A stretch of 64,000 bases of DNA from a virus: IMG/VR virus record IMGVR_UViG_3300032224_000679, positions 21,487-85,486 of that record. One strand, 5' to 3'. Shown here one piece after another: positions 10,901-20,964 of the stretch. Below the pieces are notes generated by a model. That model was not told the DNA's origin. It saw only the letters and a program-made list of their open reading frames with translations, and made no database searches. Position numbers and translations under genes: made by a program. Position 1 is the stretch's first letter, and the number at the start of each line of letters is the position of its first letter.

Positions 10901-13900
10901 TAACTGGTGCTGGATTAACAAGTAATGGATCAATTACCGCAATAACAACAGTAAGTGCTTTAGGTGGGTTGCAATCAACACCAGTTGGTAACGTTACTCC
11001 AAGTACAGGTAATTTTACCACATTAAGTACTACTGGTAATTTAACAGTATCACAATTAACAGTTAATACCACTGCTACAGTTGGTACAACATTAGGTGTT
11101 GGTAGTAACGTTACTGTTGGTACTGGTACCGGCGGTAACATAACTGGTGCTAATTTAATATCAGCTAATTCATTTACTGCCGCAGTATCTTTTAATGGCC
11201 CATTAAACGGAACATTGGGATCTGCAGGTGGCAACACAGCTATAGTTACAACACTAAGTGCAACAGGCAATGTAACTGCTGCCGCAGTAACCAGCAACGG
11301 ATCAATTACTGCAATTACTTCATTAAGTGCGTTGGGCGGTATACAAGCAACACCAATTGGTAATGTTACTCCAAGTACTGCATTATTTACATCTGTTGGA
11401 TCGAGCGGAAACATAACCGGAGCTGCTTTAACCAGCAACACCTCAATTACTGCAATTACTACACTAAGTGCTCTTGGGGGCATACAAGCAACTCCAATTG
11501 GTAATGTAACAGCTAGTTCAGGTCAATTCACTACAGTAAGTGCTACAGGAAATGTAACAGGAGCCGCAGTAACAAGCAATGGAAGTATAACAGCGATCAC
11601 TACGCTAAGTGCATTAGGCGGATTACAAGCAACACCTATTGGTAATGTTACTCCAAGTACTGCATTGTTTACTTCAATTGTATCCAGTGGTAATGCTACA
11701 GTATCAGCATTAACTGTTAATAATTCTACAACAATTGGTTCTACATTAGGAGTAACTGGCGCTGGTATAATTTATGGCGGTTTGCAAAACACTCCTATAG
11801 GAAATTCAACAGCCAGCACTGGTGCATTCACTACTCTTTCTGCTAATTCATTATCAATTAGTGGTAATGCTGTAGTTGGTAATTTAGATGTATTGGGTAA
11901 TGTAACTTATATTAATAGTACAATCACCACAATAGTTGACCCAATCGTCGAATTGAATACAGGAGCAAATGGTGCACCGTTAAGTGGTAGTGCTCCGTAT
12001 GACTCTGGCATCAAAACTCATTACTGGGACGGTTCAGCTGACAGACAATCATTCTTTGGTAGGACCAATGACACAGGCAATTTTGAATTCTATTCTAATG
12101 TTATTAGTGAAACTGGTAACGTCATTACTGGTACTTATGGTACAATTAAAACAGGAAATCTAACACTAACTGGCCTTGCTACTATTGCAAGTACATTGAA
12201 TGTACAAGCAAATACTACAGTAAACGCATTAACAATTAATAACTCTGCTACAGTTGGCGGCACATTAGGAGTTGTTGGTACATTAACTGGAACAACAATT
12301 AATGCAGCCACAATTGGTAATGCTAGTGCGGTGTTTACAGGCGCAACATACACAGCGACTAATTCATTCAATGGACCACATAACGGAACATTGGGATCTG
12401 CAGGTGGTAACACAGCTATAGTTACAACACTAAGTGCAACAAGTAACGTAACTGCTGCCGCGGTGACCAGCAACGGATCAATTACCGCAGTTACCTCATT
12501 GTCTGCATTAGGTGGTTTACAAGCAACACCAATTGGTAATGTTACTGCAAGTACAGGTCAATTTACTACTGTCAGTGCAACAGGTAACGTAACTGGAGCT
12601 GCTTTAACTAGTAACGGATCAATTACAGCGATTACCACAGTAAGTGCTCTCGGTGGATTACAAAACACACCAATTGGTAATGTAACACCTAGTACTGCAT
12701 TGTTTACATCTGTTGGATCGAGCGGAAACATAACTGGAGCTGCCTTAACCAGCAACACCTCAATCACAGCAGTTACTTCATTAAGTGCATTAGGCGGTAT
12801 ACAATCAACACCAATTGGTAACGTTACTCCGAGCACAGCAACTTTCACAAGTCAAAGCACTAGCGGAAATGCCACAGTCAATGCGTTAACTGTTAATACC
12901 AGTGCAGTAGTTGGTACAACTCTACAAGCCGCAGGCGGATTACAGAATACTGTAATTGGTAACATTACACCAAGTACAGCAACTTTCACAAGTCAGAGTA
13001 CCAGTGGAAATGCCACAATCAATGCGTTAACTGTAAATGGCAGTGCTACAGTTGGTACAACATTAAGTGCTACGGCAGGTATTCAAGCAACACCTATAGG
13101 CAATGTTACAGCAAGTACTGGGCAGTTTACAACATTATCAGCTACTGGTAATATTACTGCTGCTGCCTTAACTAGTAACGGAAGCATAACAGCAGTTACT
13201 ACAATAAGTGCATTGGGCGGATTACAATCAACACCAATTGGTAATGTTACACCAAGTACAGCACTGTTTACTTCGGTTGGCTCAAGTGGAAATATTACAG
13301 CATCTGCACTTACAGTTAATAATTCGGTGACTATTGGTACAACACTGGGTATTACTGGAATAACCACTGCCAGTGGTACAGTACAACCAAATGCCAATGC
13401 CACAGTCAACCTGGGCACTACCAGTGCATATTGGAACAATGCTTATATTGCCGCACTAAATGCTCCAAGTATCACGGGTGTATTACAAACCCCTGGACAA
13501 CCAAATATTACTTCAGTCGGTACGCTAACTGGATTAACACTAAGCGGTACGCTAACTGGCACAACAATTAATGCTGCCACATTTGGTAACAGTGGTGCAG
13601 TATTCACAGGTGCTACATACACAGCAACTAACTCGTTTAATGGGCCACATAACGGAACATTGGGCTCAGCTGGTGGTAATACTGCTATCGTTACGACACT
13701 AAGCGCAACTGGTAATGTAACCGGTGCTGCCTTAACCAGCAATGGATCAATCACAGCAGTAACAACTTTAAGTGCAGCAGGTGGTATACAAGCAACACCA
13801 ATTGGTAATGTCACCCCAAGTACTGGTAATTTTACCACACTAAATGCCAGCAGTAATGTAACAGTATCTGCTTTAACAGTAAATGCGTCTGCTACTATTG

Positions 13901-14268
13901 GGACTACATTGGGGGTCACAGGCAATGCTACGGTTGGTAATATTTTGGCTAACGCATTCTACTTTGCCAACGGAGCTCCGTTTACTAGTGTGGGCGGTAT
14001 ATCGGGGCAGATTCAATACAACAATGCAGGTAATCCTGGTGGTGCAACATATCTAACATATTTAAGCGGCAATGGTCAAATCATAGCTAACAGCGCCATT
14101 GTAAGTACCAGCAATGTAACTGGAGCAATGGTTGTTACAGGTGGGGTGGGTGTAAGCGGTAATATATATGTTGGACAACGTGTGGGCTTTGTTGCAGCCA
14201 ACAGCGTGAGTGCAGTTTACCAAATCTACAATGCAGCCACAAATAGTTTAGATACTATATTTGGATAA
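7948..14268 (+). CDS. Giant repetitive tail-fibre/virion appendage protein (2106 aa)
   Basis: Same repeat family; three related globular inserts (DSIIELH..DIGIRFHYY, DSILDLH..DIGLRMHYY, DPIVELN..DSGIKTHYW). Confidence 0.85.
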   Translation: MAVSDAQKVDLLYKKLFGVAKTDNSTNKAPSNESIASPAFLRGDTIWTQSTLIPNVAANVSTVVQGYTGGGAVQCTADTTTTPISTVYPTWKTNLTNWVPPEFGATYLVKVYAAPTGQANVEATGTQLSAAGSGGTGEWYFDPVAGVLNFIGQTIPSALSSSNVIYVVGYRYIGTTGVSSTSNVTAGNINIANNSIISTNANGNILLTPNGTGNVLISSNATLTGNATINGLTVNTSGVFNTTLQAKAGIQNTPIGNVTPSTAIFTTESVSGNSTVNALTVNTSAVITSTLQSKAGIQNTVIGNVTPAEGYFTSISTTLDSIMGANLTVNGNLIIIGNTITSGSNNVSFTDSIIELHTLPNLGNLTFNDGKDIGIRFHYYFTENQDAALVLANDTGFLEWYGAFAAETANSNIGGNATYGTIKSGELLLANTTISTSSSTGALRVSGGAGVTGNIYVGGLGRYSGGLQNTPIGNATPSTALFTSVGSSGNITASALTVNNSATVGGTLGVTGTTTAAAITASGTVQPNANASVDFGTTGAYWNNGYIKTLNAPSITGVLQTNAQTNITSVGTLTGLTLSGTLFGTTINAATIGNSGANFSGATYTATNSFNGPLNGTLGSAGGNTAIVSTLSATSNATVNALTVNNSATIGTTLNVTGNVIFNSNLGIDGGQVTIFDSILDLHTYSNLAPWTVDDGKDIGLRMHYYKGADTLAFLGIENTTNTLQFLQNATETSSNVTGTFGNVQFGSLTLSNTTISANTTSGALIVSGGVGVSGNLNVGNALSVSGGIQNTPIGNATASTGQFTTLSATGNLTAAAVTSNGSITAVTTLSALGGIQATPIGNVAPSTALFTSVGSSGNTTVSALTVNNSATVGSTLGVVGTLTGTTINAATFGNASAVFTGATYTATNSFNGPHNGTLGSAGGNTAIVTTLSATGNVTAAAVTSNGSITTITTLSALGGIQATPIGNVTASSGQFTTISATGNVTGAGLTSNGSITAITTVSALGGLQSTPVGNVTPSTGNFTTLSTTGNLTVSQLTVNTTATVGTTLGVGSNVTVGTGTGGNITGANLISANSFTAAVSFNGPLNGTLGSAGGNTAIVTTLSATGNVTAAAVTSNGSITAITSLSALGGIQATPIGNVTPSTALFTSVGSSGNITGAALTSNTSITAITTLSALGGIQATPIGNVTASSGQFTTVSATGNVTGAAVTSNGSITAITTLSALGGLQATPIGNVTPSTALFTSIVSSGNATVSALTVNNSTTIGSTLGVTGAGIIYGGLQNTPIGNSTASTGAFTTLSANSLSISGNAVVGNLDVLGNVTYINSTITTIVDPIVELNTGANGAPLSGSAPYDSGIKTHYWDGSADRQSFFGRTNDTGNFEFYSNVISETGNVITGTYGTIKTGNLTLTGLATIASTLNVQANTTVNALTINNSATVGGTLGVVGTLTGTTINAATIGNASAVFTGATYTATNSFNGPHNGTLGSAGGNTAIVTTLSATSNVTAAAVTSNGSITAVTSLSALGGLQATPIGNVTASTGQFTTVSATGNVTGAALTSNGSITAITTVSALGGLQNTPIGNVTPSTALFTSVGSSGNITGAALTSNTSITAVTSLSALGGIQSTPIGNVTPSTATFTSQSTSGNATVNALTVNTSAVVGTTLQAAGGLQNTVIGNITPSTATFTSQSTSGNATINALTVNGSATVGTTLSATAGIQATPIGNVTASTGQFTTLSATGNITAAALTSNGSITAVTTISALGGLQSTPIGNVTPSTALFTSVGSSGNITASALTVNNSVTIGTTLGITGITTASGTVQPNANATVNLGTTSAYWNNAYIAALNAPSITGVLQTPGQPNITSVGTLTGLTLSGTLTGTTINAATFGNSGAVFTGATYTATNSFNGPHNGTLGSAGGNTAIVTTLSATGNVTGAALTSNGSITAVTTLSAAGGIQATPIGNVTPSTGNFTTLNASSNVTVSALTVNASATIGTTLGVTGNATVGNILANAFYFANGAPFTSVGGISGQIQYNNAGNPGGATYLTYLSGNGQIIANSAIVSTSNVTGAMVVTGGVGVSGNIYVGQRVGFVAANSVSAVYQIYNAATNSLDTIFG

Positions 14269-14270
14269 TT

Positions 14271-14498
14271 ATGGCAACAATAGCAACTAGAATTACTGCT
14301 GACGGGATATTCTACTCTCGAGGGGAATTAGACGAAGTCACAAAGACTACGATAAGTGTCACGCCAAATAATGTATTTGCGGCTCAATTTGACGAAGTTA
14401 GTATAAGTCCTGTTAGCAACGGACTTGCCAAAAGAGAATATTTCAATGGTAATTTGCAAGTGGGTGGATATTTTGATGAGGTAACTGGGATTACTTAA
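14271..14498 (+). CDS. Small fibre-associated protein (75 aa)
   Basis: Tightly coupled to the upstream gene; threefold internal (L/F)DEV(T/S) motif. Confidence 0.7.
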   Translation: MATIATRITADGIFYSRGELDEVTKTTISVTPNNVFAAQFDEVSISPVSNGLAKREYFNGNLQVGGYFDEVTGIT

Positions 14499-14534
14499 TG
14501 GTTTTGTGTCGCATTTGGCACTTTAAAAGTTCGA

Positions 14535-14541
14535 ATAAATA
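14535..14541 (+). promoter_or_regulatory. T4-type late promoter (ATAAATA)
   Basis: Variant of the gp55-dependent TATAAATA box. The motif recurs at 17676, 29511, 33524, 36809, 37329, 46141, 58518 (+) and 26013-26019 (-), each upstream of a putative late gene. Confidence 0.7.
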
Positions 14542-14547
14542 TAAAAT

Positions 14548-17500
14548 ATGGCAAAACTCCTTAGCGGCACAAGAATTTACGGTAACGCAACCGTTGATAC
14601 GAACTTAATTGTAAGCGGTACAACTACCAGTACCACCCCATTGACGGGCGCATTAACTGTAGCTGGTGGCGCAGGCGTTGTCGGTAATTTATTTGTTGGC
14701 AATATTTTAACAGCTAGTGCAGGGCTGCAAAATACCCCAATTGGCAATTTGACAGCAAGTTCAGGTCAGTTTACTACAGTAAGTGCTACTGGAAACGTAA
14801 ACGCCGCGGCATTAGCCAGCAACGGATCAATCACTGCAATAACAACATTATCAGCATTAGGGGGTGTTCAGAACACACCAATTGGTAACGTTACACCGAG
14901 TACAGCACTGTTCACTACTGTTGGTGCAAGTGGAAATACTACAGCGTCAGCATTAACAGTTAATAACTCAGCAACCATTGGATCTACATTAGGTGTTGCG
15001 GGTACATTAACGGGTACAACTATCAATGCAGCCACATTTGGTAATTCAAGCGCAGTGTTTACCGGCGCAACCTATACAGCAACTAACTCGTTTAATGGGC
15101 CACATAACGGAACATTGGGCTCAGCAGGCGGCAATACCGCTATAGTTAGTACTCTAAGTGCAACTGGAAACGTAACAGCAGCCGCAGTAACTAGTAACGG
15201 AAGTATAACAGCTATTACTTCGTTGAGTGCTTTAGGTGGTATACAAGCGACCCCAATTGGTAATGTCTCACCAAGCACGGCATTGTTCACTAGTGTTGGA
15301 TCGAGTGGTAACATCACAACATCAGCATTAACAGTTAACAACTCAGCTACTATTGGCACAACGCTAAGTGTTGGTGGTATGTTACGTGCATTTGAGATAT
15401 ACGTAAGTCAATCTGCTGGCGACGAAGGCGGACAGATTAATTTTGCACCAGCACAAACCAACACGTCCGTAGCTGGTAATATTATAATTGATGTATTTCA
15501 AAATAAAATTAGATTTTTTGAAAGCGGTGGTACCAACCGTGGTGCTTATCTTGATATCACTGGTGCAAATGCTGGTGTGGGTACAAACTTATTATCTGGT
15601 GGCGGATCAGGCACACCTGGTGGTACATCGGGGCAAGTACAATATAATTTAGGTAGCACATTTGCTGGCGCTTCTGGATTTACAGTAAGTGGTAGCAATG
15701 TGTCAATGACTGCATTGACAGTTAATAGTTCTGCGGTCATTGGATCAACATTGGGTGTTGTCGGAAATATTGTGGCAGATATTATTGCAGCCACAAATAA
15801 TGGTAACGGAACTAATTTTAAAGTTGGTGATGATACTTGGATTGGCGATATCAACATAGCCAACACATTTCGTGTAACAGGACAACAAGATGGTACACAA
15901 GGGTATATTGTATTTGGTAATAGCAATGCATTAAGTCTTGGTAGATCTGGTACAGGTGCGTTAACTTATCAAGGTGCATTTACATCTTTAGGCGGAGTAC
16001 AAGCGACGCCAATTGGCAATGCTACTGCAAGTACTGGTCAATTTACTACATTAAGTGCTACTGGTAATGTGACTGGGGCTGGACTAACAAGTAACACAAG
16101 CATAACCGCAATTACTACACTAAATGCATTAGGTGGGTTACAAGCAACCCCAATTGGTAACGTAACACCAAGCACTGCTTTATTCACATCAGTTGTATCA
16201 AGCGGAAACATCACAGCCGCCGCAGTAACAAGTAACGGATCGATTACCGCAGTTACCTCATTGTCTGCATTAGGTGGTTTACAAGCAACACCAATTGGTA
16301 ATGTTACTGCAAGTACAGGTCAATTTACTACAATATCAGCAACAGGTAATGTCACCGGATCTGCATTAACTAGTAACGGATCAATTACTGCAATTACTAC
16401 ATTAAGTTCGTTGGGCGGTATTCAGAACACACCAATCGGTAACTTAACACCGAGTACTGCTATTTTCACTAGTGAAAGCGTTAGCGGAAATAGCACAGTT
16501 AATTCTTTAACTGTTAACAACTCAGCTACTATTGGTTCTACCTTAGGTGTAGTGGGCAATATCACAGCTGGTAATATATCAACATCTGGTCCCAGCGGTA
16601 ACATAACTGGCGCAAATATAATATCAGCTAATTCATTTGTGGCCGCAGTATCATTTAATGGACCACATAACGGAACACTAGGATCAGCTGGGGGTAATAC
16701 AGCAATAGTCAGTACGCTAAGTGCTACTGGTAACGCTACTGTTAATGCATTAACAGTCAATAACTCAGCGACAATTGGTACAACCTTAGGTGTAACAGGT
16801 AACATAAAAACTGGCGGAATATTAACGGATGGATATTATTATGCCAACGGATCGCCCTTCGCTGGTGGCGGCGGGTCGAGTTTTACTTCCGTTGCGGTAC
16901 CAAGCCAATCTTCATTACTGCCATCATTTAATCCAGTATTAACTTTAGCTAATTTACCAGGTTTGGTGTTTACTACAACACAATCAAACAGCACCATAAC
17001 AATGGGAATGACTGGCGGAACGTTTGCTACCCCATCAGATTTTGGATTAGAAACAGGGTCAGTAACATACAGCCAAGATTTGGGTAGCATTACTGGTGCG
17101 GTAACGGAATCAGTAAATTTAAGTAAATTGGCAGTAGACGGAGTAGTTCCTGGTTCTAGCATAGTAGCAAACTCAATCACAGGCTCTACAATACAGTCAA
17201 ATACCAATATTACTACAACTGGTAACGTAACTACTGGTGCAATTTACACTGATAATTTCTTGTTTGCCAATGGTACTCCGTTGGCTAGTGCTATATTCCC
17301 GGTAGATACCATATATGAATTGGATGATATTTCCAATTACACAGATGGTCGATCAAATTCATTTAAGCTAACATACAATCAAGCAAATGTAACAATTAAT
17401 AGTCCATTCAATTTATTGGTTACTGTAAATGGTTTGACACAACCAGCATTTGATTTCAATCTTTACAACTCATATGGCGCACTTTGGGGCAGTTATGTAT

Positions 17501-17667
17501 TGGGAAGTTACAAAGGTTATACTATAGATTCAACCAGCGGAAACATCAAATTCGCCAATACGCCGCCAATCAATTCACAAATTATGATGCGAACTGTGGT
17601 TGGCGCACCTGCAGCCACTACCAAACAATACCCTTTCAAAGCAGTAGATATACTGCTGGGCTTCTAA
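14548..17667 (+). CDS. Repetitive fibre-like virion protein (1039 aa)
   Basis: Same 47-aa repeats; distinct C-terminal globular domain (LDDIS..DG...F.L). Confidence 0.8.
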   Translation: MAKLLSGTRIYGNATVDTNLIVSGTTTSTTPLTGALTVAGGAGVVGNLFVGNILTASAGLQNTPIGNLTASSGQFTTVSATGNVNAAALASNGSITAITTLSALGGVQNTPIGNVTPSTALFTTVGASGNTTASALTVNNSATIGSTLGVAGTLTGTTINAATFGNSSAVFTGATYTATNSFNGPHNGTLGSAGGNTAIVSTLSATGNVTAAAVTSNGSITAITSLSALGGIQATPIGNVSPSTALFTSVGSSGNITTSALTVNNSATIGTTLSVGGMLRAFEIYVSQSAGDEGGQINFAPAQTNTSVAGNIIIDVFQNKIRFFESGGTNRGAYLDITGANAGVGTNLLSGGGSGTPGGTSGQVQYNLGSTFAGASGFTVSGSNVSMTALTVNSSAVIGSTLGVVGNIVADIIAATNNGNGTNFKVGDDTWIGDINIANTFRVTGQQDGTQGYIVFGNSNALSLGRSGTGALTYQGAFTSLGGVQATPIGNATASTGQFTTLSATGNVTGAGLTSNTSITAITTLNALGGLQATPIGNVTPSTALFTSVVSSGNITAAAVTSNGSITAVTSLSALGGLQATPIGNVTASTGQFTTISATGNVTGSALTSNGSITAITTLSSLGGIQNTPIGNLTPSTAIFTSESVSGNSTVNSLTVNNSATIGSTLGVVGNITAGNISTSGPSGNITGANIISANSFVAAVSFNGPHNGTLGSAGGNTAIVSTLSATGNATVNALTVNNSATIGTTLGVTGNIKTGGILTDGYYYANGSPFAGGGGSSFTSVAVPSQSSLLPSFNPVLTLANLPGLVFTTTQSNSTITMGMTGGTFATPSDFGLETGSVTYSQDLGSITGAVTESVNLSKLAVDGVVPGSSIVANSITGSTIQSNTNITTTGNVTTGAIYTDNFLFANGTPLASAIFPVDTIYELDDISNYTDGRSNSFKLTYNQANVTINSPFNLLVTVNGLTQPAFDFNLYNSYGALWGSYVLGSYKGYTIDSTSGNIKFANTPPINSQIMMRTVVGAPAATTKQYPFKAVDILLGF

Positions 17668-17711
17668 CTGAAACGATAAATATTATGAAATATTCCCGGA
17701 GAATTCATTAA

Positions 17712-20700
17712 ATGGCAAGAAAAGCAATATTAGACACATATTATGTCTTTACACCCTCAACAAGAACTATTGTAATCCCGCGAGCCATCCCACGTGAACG
17801 ACTAGTTTTAATTACTGATGTAACAACTAATCAAGTTATTTTTAACTTCAGTGATTCAACCTTGTCGGCTACATCGTACACTATAACAAACGATGGATTG
17901 GGTAATGCAAACACAACTATTGTTCTAGCATACAATACTACAAATTTATCGGCCACTGATAAGTTGCAGATTCTAATAGATGAATATGCAGAATCAATGA
18001 AGCCCAATGAAGAATACACTGATCCAGTTAACAAGTTCAGAGTCTCAACACCGCAGGCTTTGATTGACACTGACTTTGAATATGGCACACAGTCAACAAA
18101 ATGGGAAAGTCTTTCCCTTTTAAACAATATTCCTTTTGCTTATTATAATCTAAATAATCCTATTACTATCACAAACGTTTCTGCAACCAACGGGTCCAGA
18201 AATGTTGTGGTTGCAACAACAACACCACCCGCTGGCGGTGTTCCAGTATATATACAAGATACAAATTGGTCAGGTGCAGATGGATTATATATTGTTGATT
18301 CTAATATTGCCAGTACAAGTTTTTCTTACACAGCCCGTGTAGCTTACACTGGTGCAACAGGCACTATTTACAATGCTGCACAAACTGCCGTATATCAAGG
18401 TAATATTTTTAGTAATGCTAATATTGGTATTTCTACAGTAGTTGCAAATGGAACCAATGCTTCCAATGTTCAAATTACTACTTCAGTACCGCACGGTCTA
18501 AGCATAGGTAATGAAGTTGCAGTGGTAGGAACTTCAGCCACAACATTCTCCCCTAACGGATCATGGATTGTATCAACTATTTCTAACTCTACAGCTTTCT
18601 CTGTTTATACTACTAGTGCTCCCACTGGATCTATAACAGCTCCTACAGGAGCTAACGTATATGTTAGACCGCAAGGACAAACAATACACAGGGCATTTGA
18701 CGGCGGCGTACAATTTAGTACATTTGCTGCCAGCCACAATCATCAAATGGTTCGACAAACACGTAGATATTTCCGCTATCAGTCTGGTAAAGGTATACAA
18801 ATGAGTACTGGTAGTATTTTAAAACCTAACTTTAATGTGGACTCGATAACCAGTTCAGGTACCACAGTGACCGTAGTTACAAAAATTCAGCATAATATAA
18901 ACATGGGCGCTACAATACAAATTAGTGGATGTAACGAAACAGCTTACAATGGTACATTCAGTGTTACTGCTGTACTAGATGCTTATAGATTTACGTATAC
19001 AACACTATCAACCCCAACGGCGGCCCAAGCTAGTGGAAACTATGTTTTAGCTGTTACTGGATGGTACGGCGCTAGTACCCGTGTTGGTATGTTTGATAGC
19101 CAAAACGGTATTTTCTTTGAATTTGACGGACAAAGTTTATTTGCAGTAAGACGTAGTTCAACCTATCAACTCAGTGGATTTATCGCAGCTACTCCAGGTA
19201 GTAGCACTATAACTGGGATAAGCATAAACGGCGTCACCACAGCTTTTAGTAAACAGTTACAACCTAATGACTTCGTTGTAATTAGAGGTATGAGTTATCG
19301 TGTTCTTAATATTGCTAGCGATACATCTCTCACTGTTACTCCTGCATACAGAGGATCTGTGGCAGTTACTCAGGGTGTAATGAGTAAGACCATTGACTAC
19401 AAAATTCCAAGTAATTTATGGAATATTGATCGTTGTGACGGAACTGGCCCCAGTGGATTTTCAGTAGATCTTACTAAGATGGAAATGTTTTATTTAGATT
19501 ATAGTTGGTATGGTGCTGGTTTTATTCGTTGGGGTTTCAGAGGTCCTGACGGTAACGTTATTTACTGCCATAAACTTGTCAACAATAATGTAAACTACGA
19601 AGCGTATATGCGTTCAGGCAACTTACCTGGTCGTTATGAAACAAATACATTTAGTAAGTCTGCAATACTTACTAAAGACATGGGTTCTGCAAATACCGTT
19701 GCATACCTATCAGATACAATGAATTGGCCTCCAATTGGAACTTTAGTAATTCGAAATGCCAATCAAGTTGAGTATGTGAACTATACAGCAAAATCTCAAG
19801 ATGCGCTGTTACCGTTTACATTAACGTCGGGTAATACTGTAGTTACTGGCACAAATACAACAGGTATTGTTGCAGGTATGTTTGTTATGGGCAACGGCAT
19901 ACCAACCGGATCTACGGTACAGAGTGTAGTTGCAGGAACATCAGTGACGTTAAGTCAACCTGTTACAATTACTGGATTACAAACACTAACGTTTAATCCT
20001 CAACTTGTTAATCTAACTAGAGCACAACCTGGCGGCAACTTGACATTTACTACTACGGCAAATAGTATAACTGCTACTGGGTCAGTGACTAGTGGTGTGC
20101 AAATTGGACAATATATTATTGGAACAGGAATACAACCAGGAACTCAAGTGAATGCGTTTGTAACTAATACTAGTATTACAATGAACCAAGCTGCCACAGC
20201 TAGCGGAACAGTAACATTAACATTTGCCCCGATGGGTAATACAACAGCACAAACATTTAGTTATAGTGCAACTGCTCCTACTGCTGTAGAATTACAAGCA
20301 CCACAATTTGCAGCCACCATCAGTCATTGGGGTACATCAGTTATTATGGACGGACGCTTTGATGATGATAAATCTTTCGTGTTTACACAGGGTCAAACGT
20401 CTTCAACAGTTATTGCTCCTGGTGTAAGAAATGTGCTACAAAGTTTCCGTATTGCACCATCGGTGAGTAATGGTGTTACATCAGCTACACTAGGTAGCAG
20501 GGAACTTATTAATCGTATGCAGATGGTTTTGCGTCAGATGGACTTGTACTCAAATGGTAGCTTCTTGGTACAGTTGGTACTTAACGGAGTGGTTGGCAAC
20601 ACAGCCAGCGGTACTAATGCTACATGGCTCAGTGTAGGCGGTTCGAGTTTAGCGCAATATATTAATCATGGAACTAACGTTGGTATTAATGGCGGCGAAA

Positions 20701-20936
20701 CAATTTTCGGCTTCTTCTTAAATTCATCAGCTGGTGCTTCAACATTCGGTGCATCACAGCAAGACTTGATATTAGTTCGAGACATGGGTACTAGTATTTT
20801 AAGTGGAGGATCCACAGTGGCCAACTTGAATATATACCCAGATGGTCCTGACCAAGTTCACACTGTTGTACAAAACTTAGGAACATCGAATGCCAACGTT
20901 TTTGCTCGTATGAGTTGGACAGAAGCACAAGCGTAA
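17712..20936 (+). CDS. Large virion structural protein (1074 aa)
   Basis: DTDFEYG and RQTRRYFRYQSGKG motifs recalled from large myophage structural proteins; repeated small beta domains; late promoter at 17676. Confidence 0.7.
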   Translation: MARKAILDTYYVFTPSTRTIVIPRAIPRERLVLITDVTTNQVIFNFSDSTLSATSYTITNDGLGNANTTIVLAYNTTNLSATDKLQILIDEYAESMKPNEEYTDPVNKFRVSTPQALIDTDFEYGTQSTKWESLSLLNNIPFAYYNLNNPITITNVSATNGSRNVVVATTTPPAGGVPVYIQDTNWSGADGLYIVDSNIASTSFSYTARVAYTGATGTIYNAAQTAVYQGNIFSNANIGISTVVANGTNASNVQITTSVPHGLSIGNEVAVVGTSATTFSPNGSWIVSTISNSTAFSVYTTSAPTGSITAPTGANVYVRPQGQTIHRAFDGGVQFSTFAASHNHQMVRQTRRYFRYQSGKGIQMSTGSILKPNFNVDSITSSGTTVTVVTKIQHNINMGATIQISGCNETAYNGTFSVTAVLDAYRFTYTTLSTPTAAQASGNYVLAVTGWYGASTRVGMFDSQNGIFFEFDGQSLFAVRRSSTYQLSGFIAATPGSSTITGISINGVTTAFSKQLQPNDFVVIRGMSYRVLNIASDTSLTVTPAYRGSVAVTQGVMSKTIDYKIPSNLWNIDRCDGTGPSGFSVDLTKMEMFYLDYSWYGAGFIRWGFRGPDGNVIYCHKLVNNNVNYEAYMRSGNLPGRYETNTFSKSAILTKDMGSANTVAYLSDTMNWPPIGTLVIRNANQVEYVNYTAKSQDALLPFTLTSGNTVVTGTNTTGIVAGMFVMGNGIPTGSTVQSVVAGTSVTLSQPVTITGLQTLTFNPQLVNLTRAQPGGNLTFTTTANSITATGSVTSGVQIGQYIIGTGIQPGTQVNAFVTNTSITMNQAATASGTVTLTFAPMGNTTAQTFSYSATAPTAVELQAPQFAATISHWGTSVIMDGRFDDDKSFVFTQGQTSSTVIAPGVRNVLQSFRIAPSVSNGVTSATLGSRELINRMQMVLRQMDLYSNGSFLVQLVLNGVVGNTASGTNATWLSVGGSSLAQYINHGTNVGINGGETIFGFFLNSSAGASTFGASQQDLILVRDMGTSILSGGSTVANLNIYPDGPDQVHTVVQNLGTSNANVFARMSWTEAQA

Positions 20937-20964
20937 TTGACAGTAATATAGGATAATAATAAAA

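Larger units (their letters stand above)
2950..16800 (+). repeat. 141-bp (47-aa) degenerate coding repeat dispersed through the fibre genes
   Basis: TPIGNVT units recur at 141-nt spacing (e.g. 3057 and 3198). An 89-nt block is identical at 12481-12569 and 16243-16331. Boundaries are approximate. Confidence 0.9.

Noticed and set aside
2950-16800. Regularly spaced ccaattggtaatgt repeats resembling a CRISPR array
   Set aside because: They are in-frame coding repeats (PIGNV) with synonymous variation and homologous 'spacers'; no cas genes.
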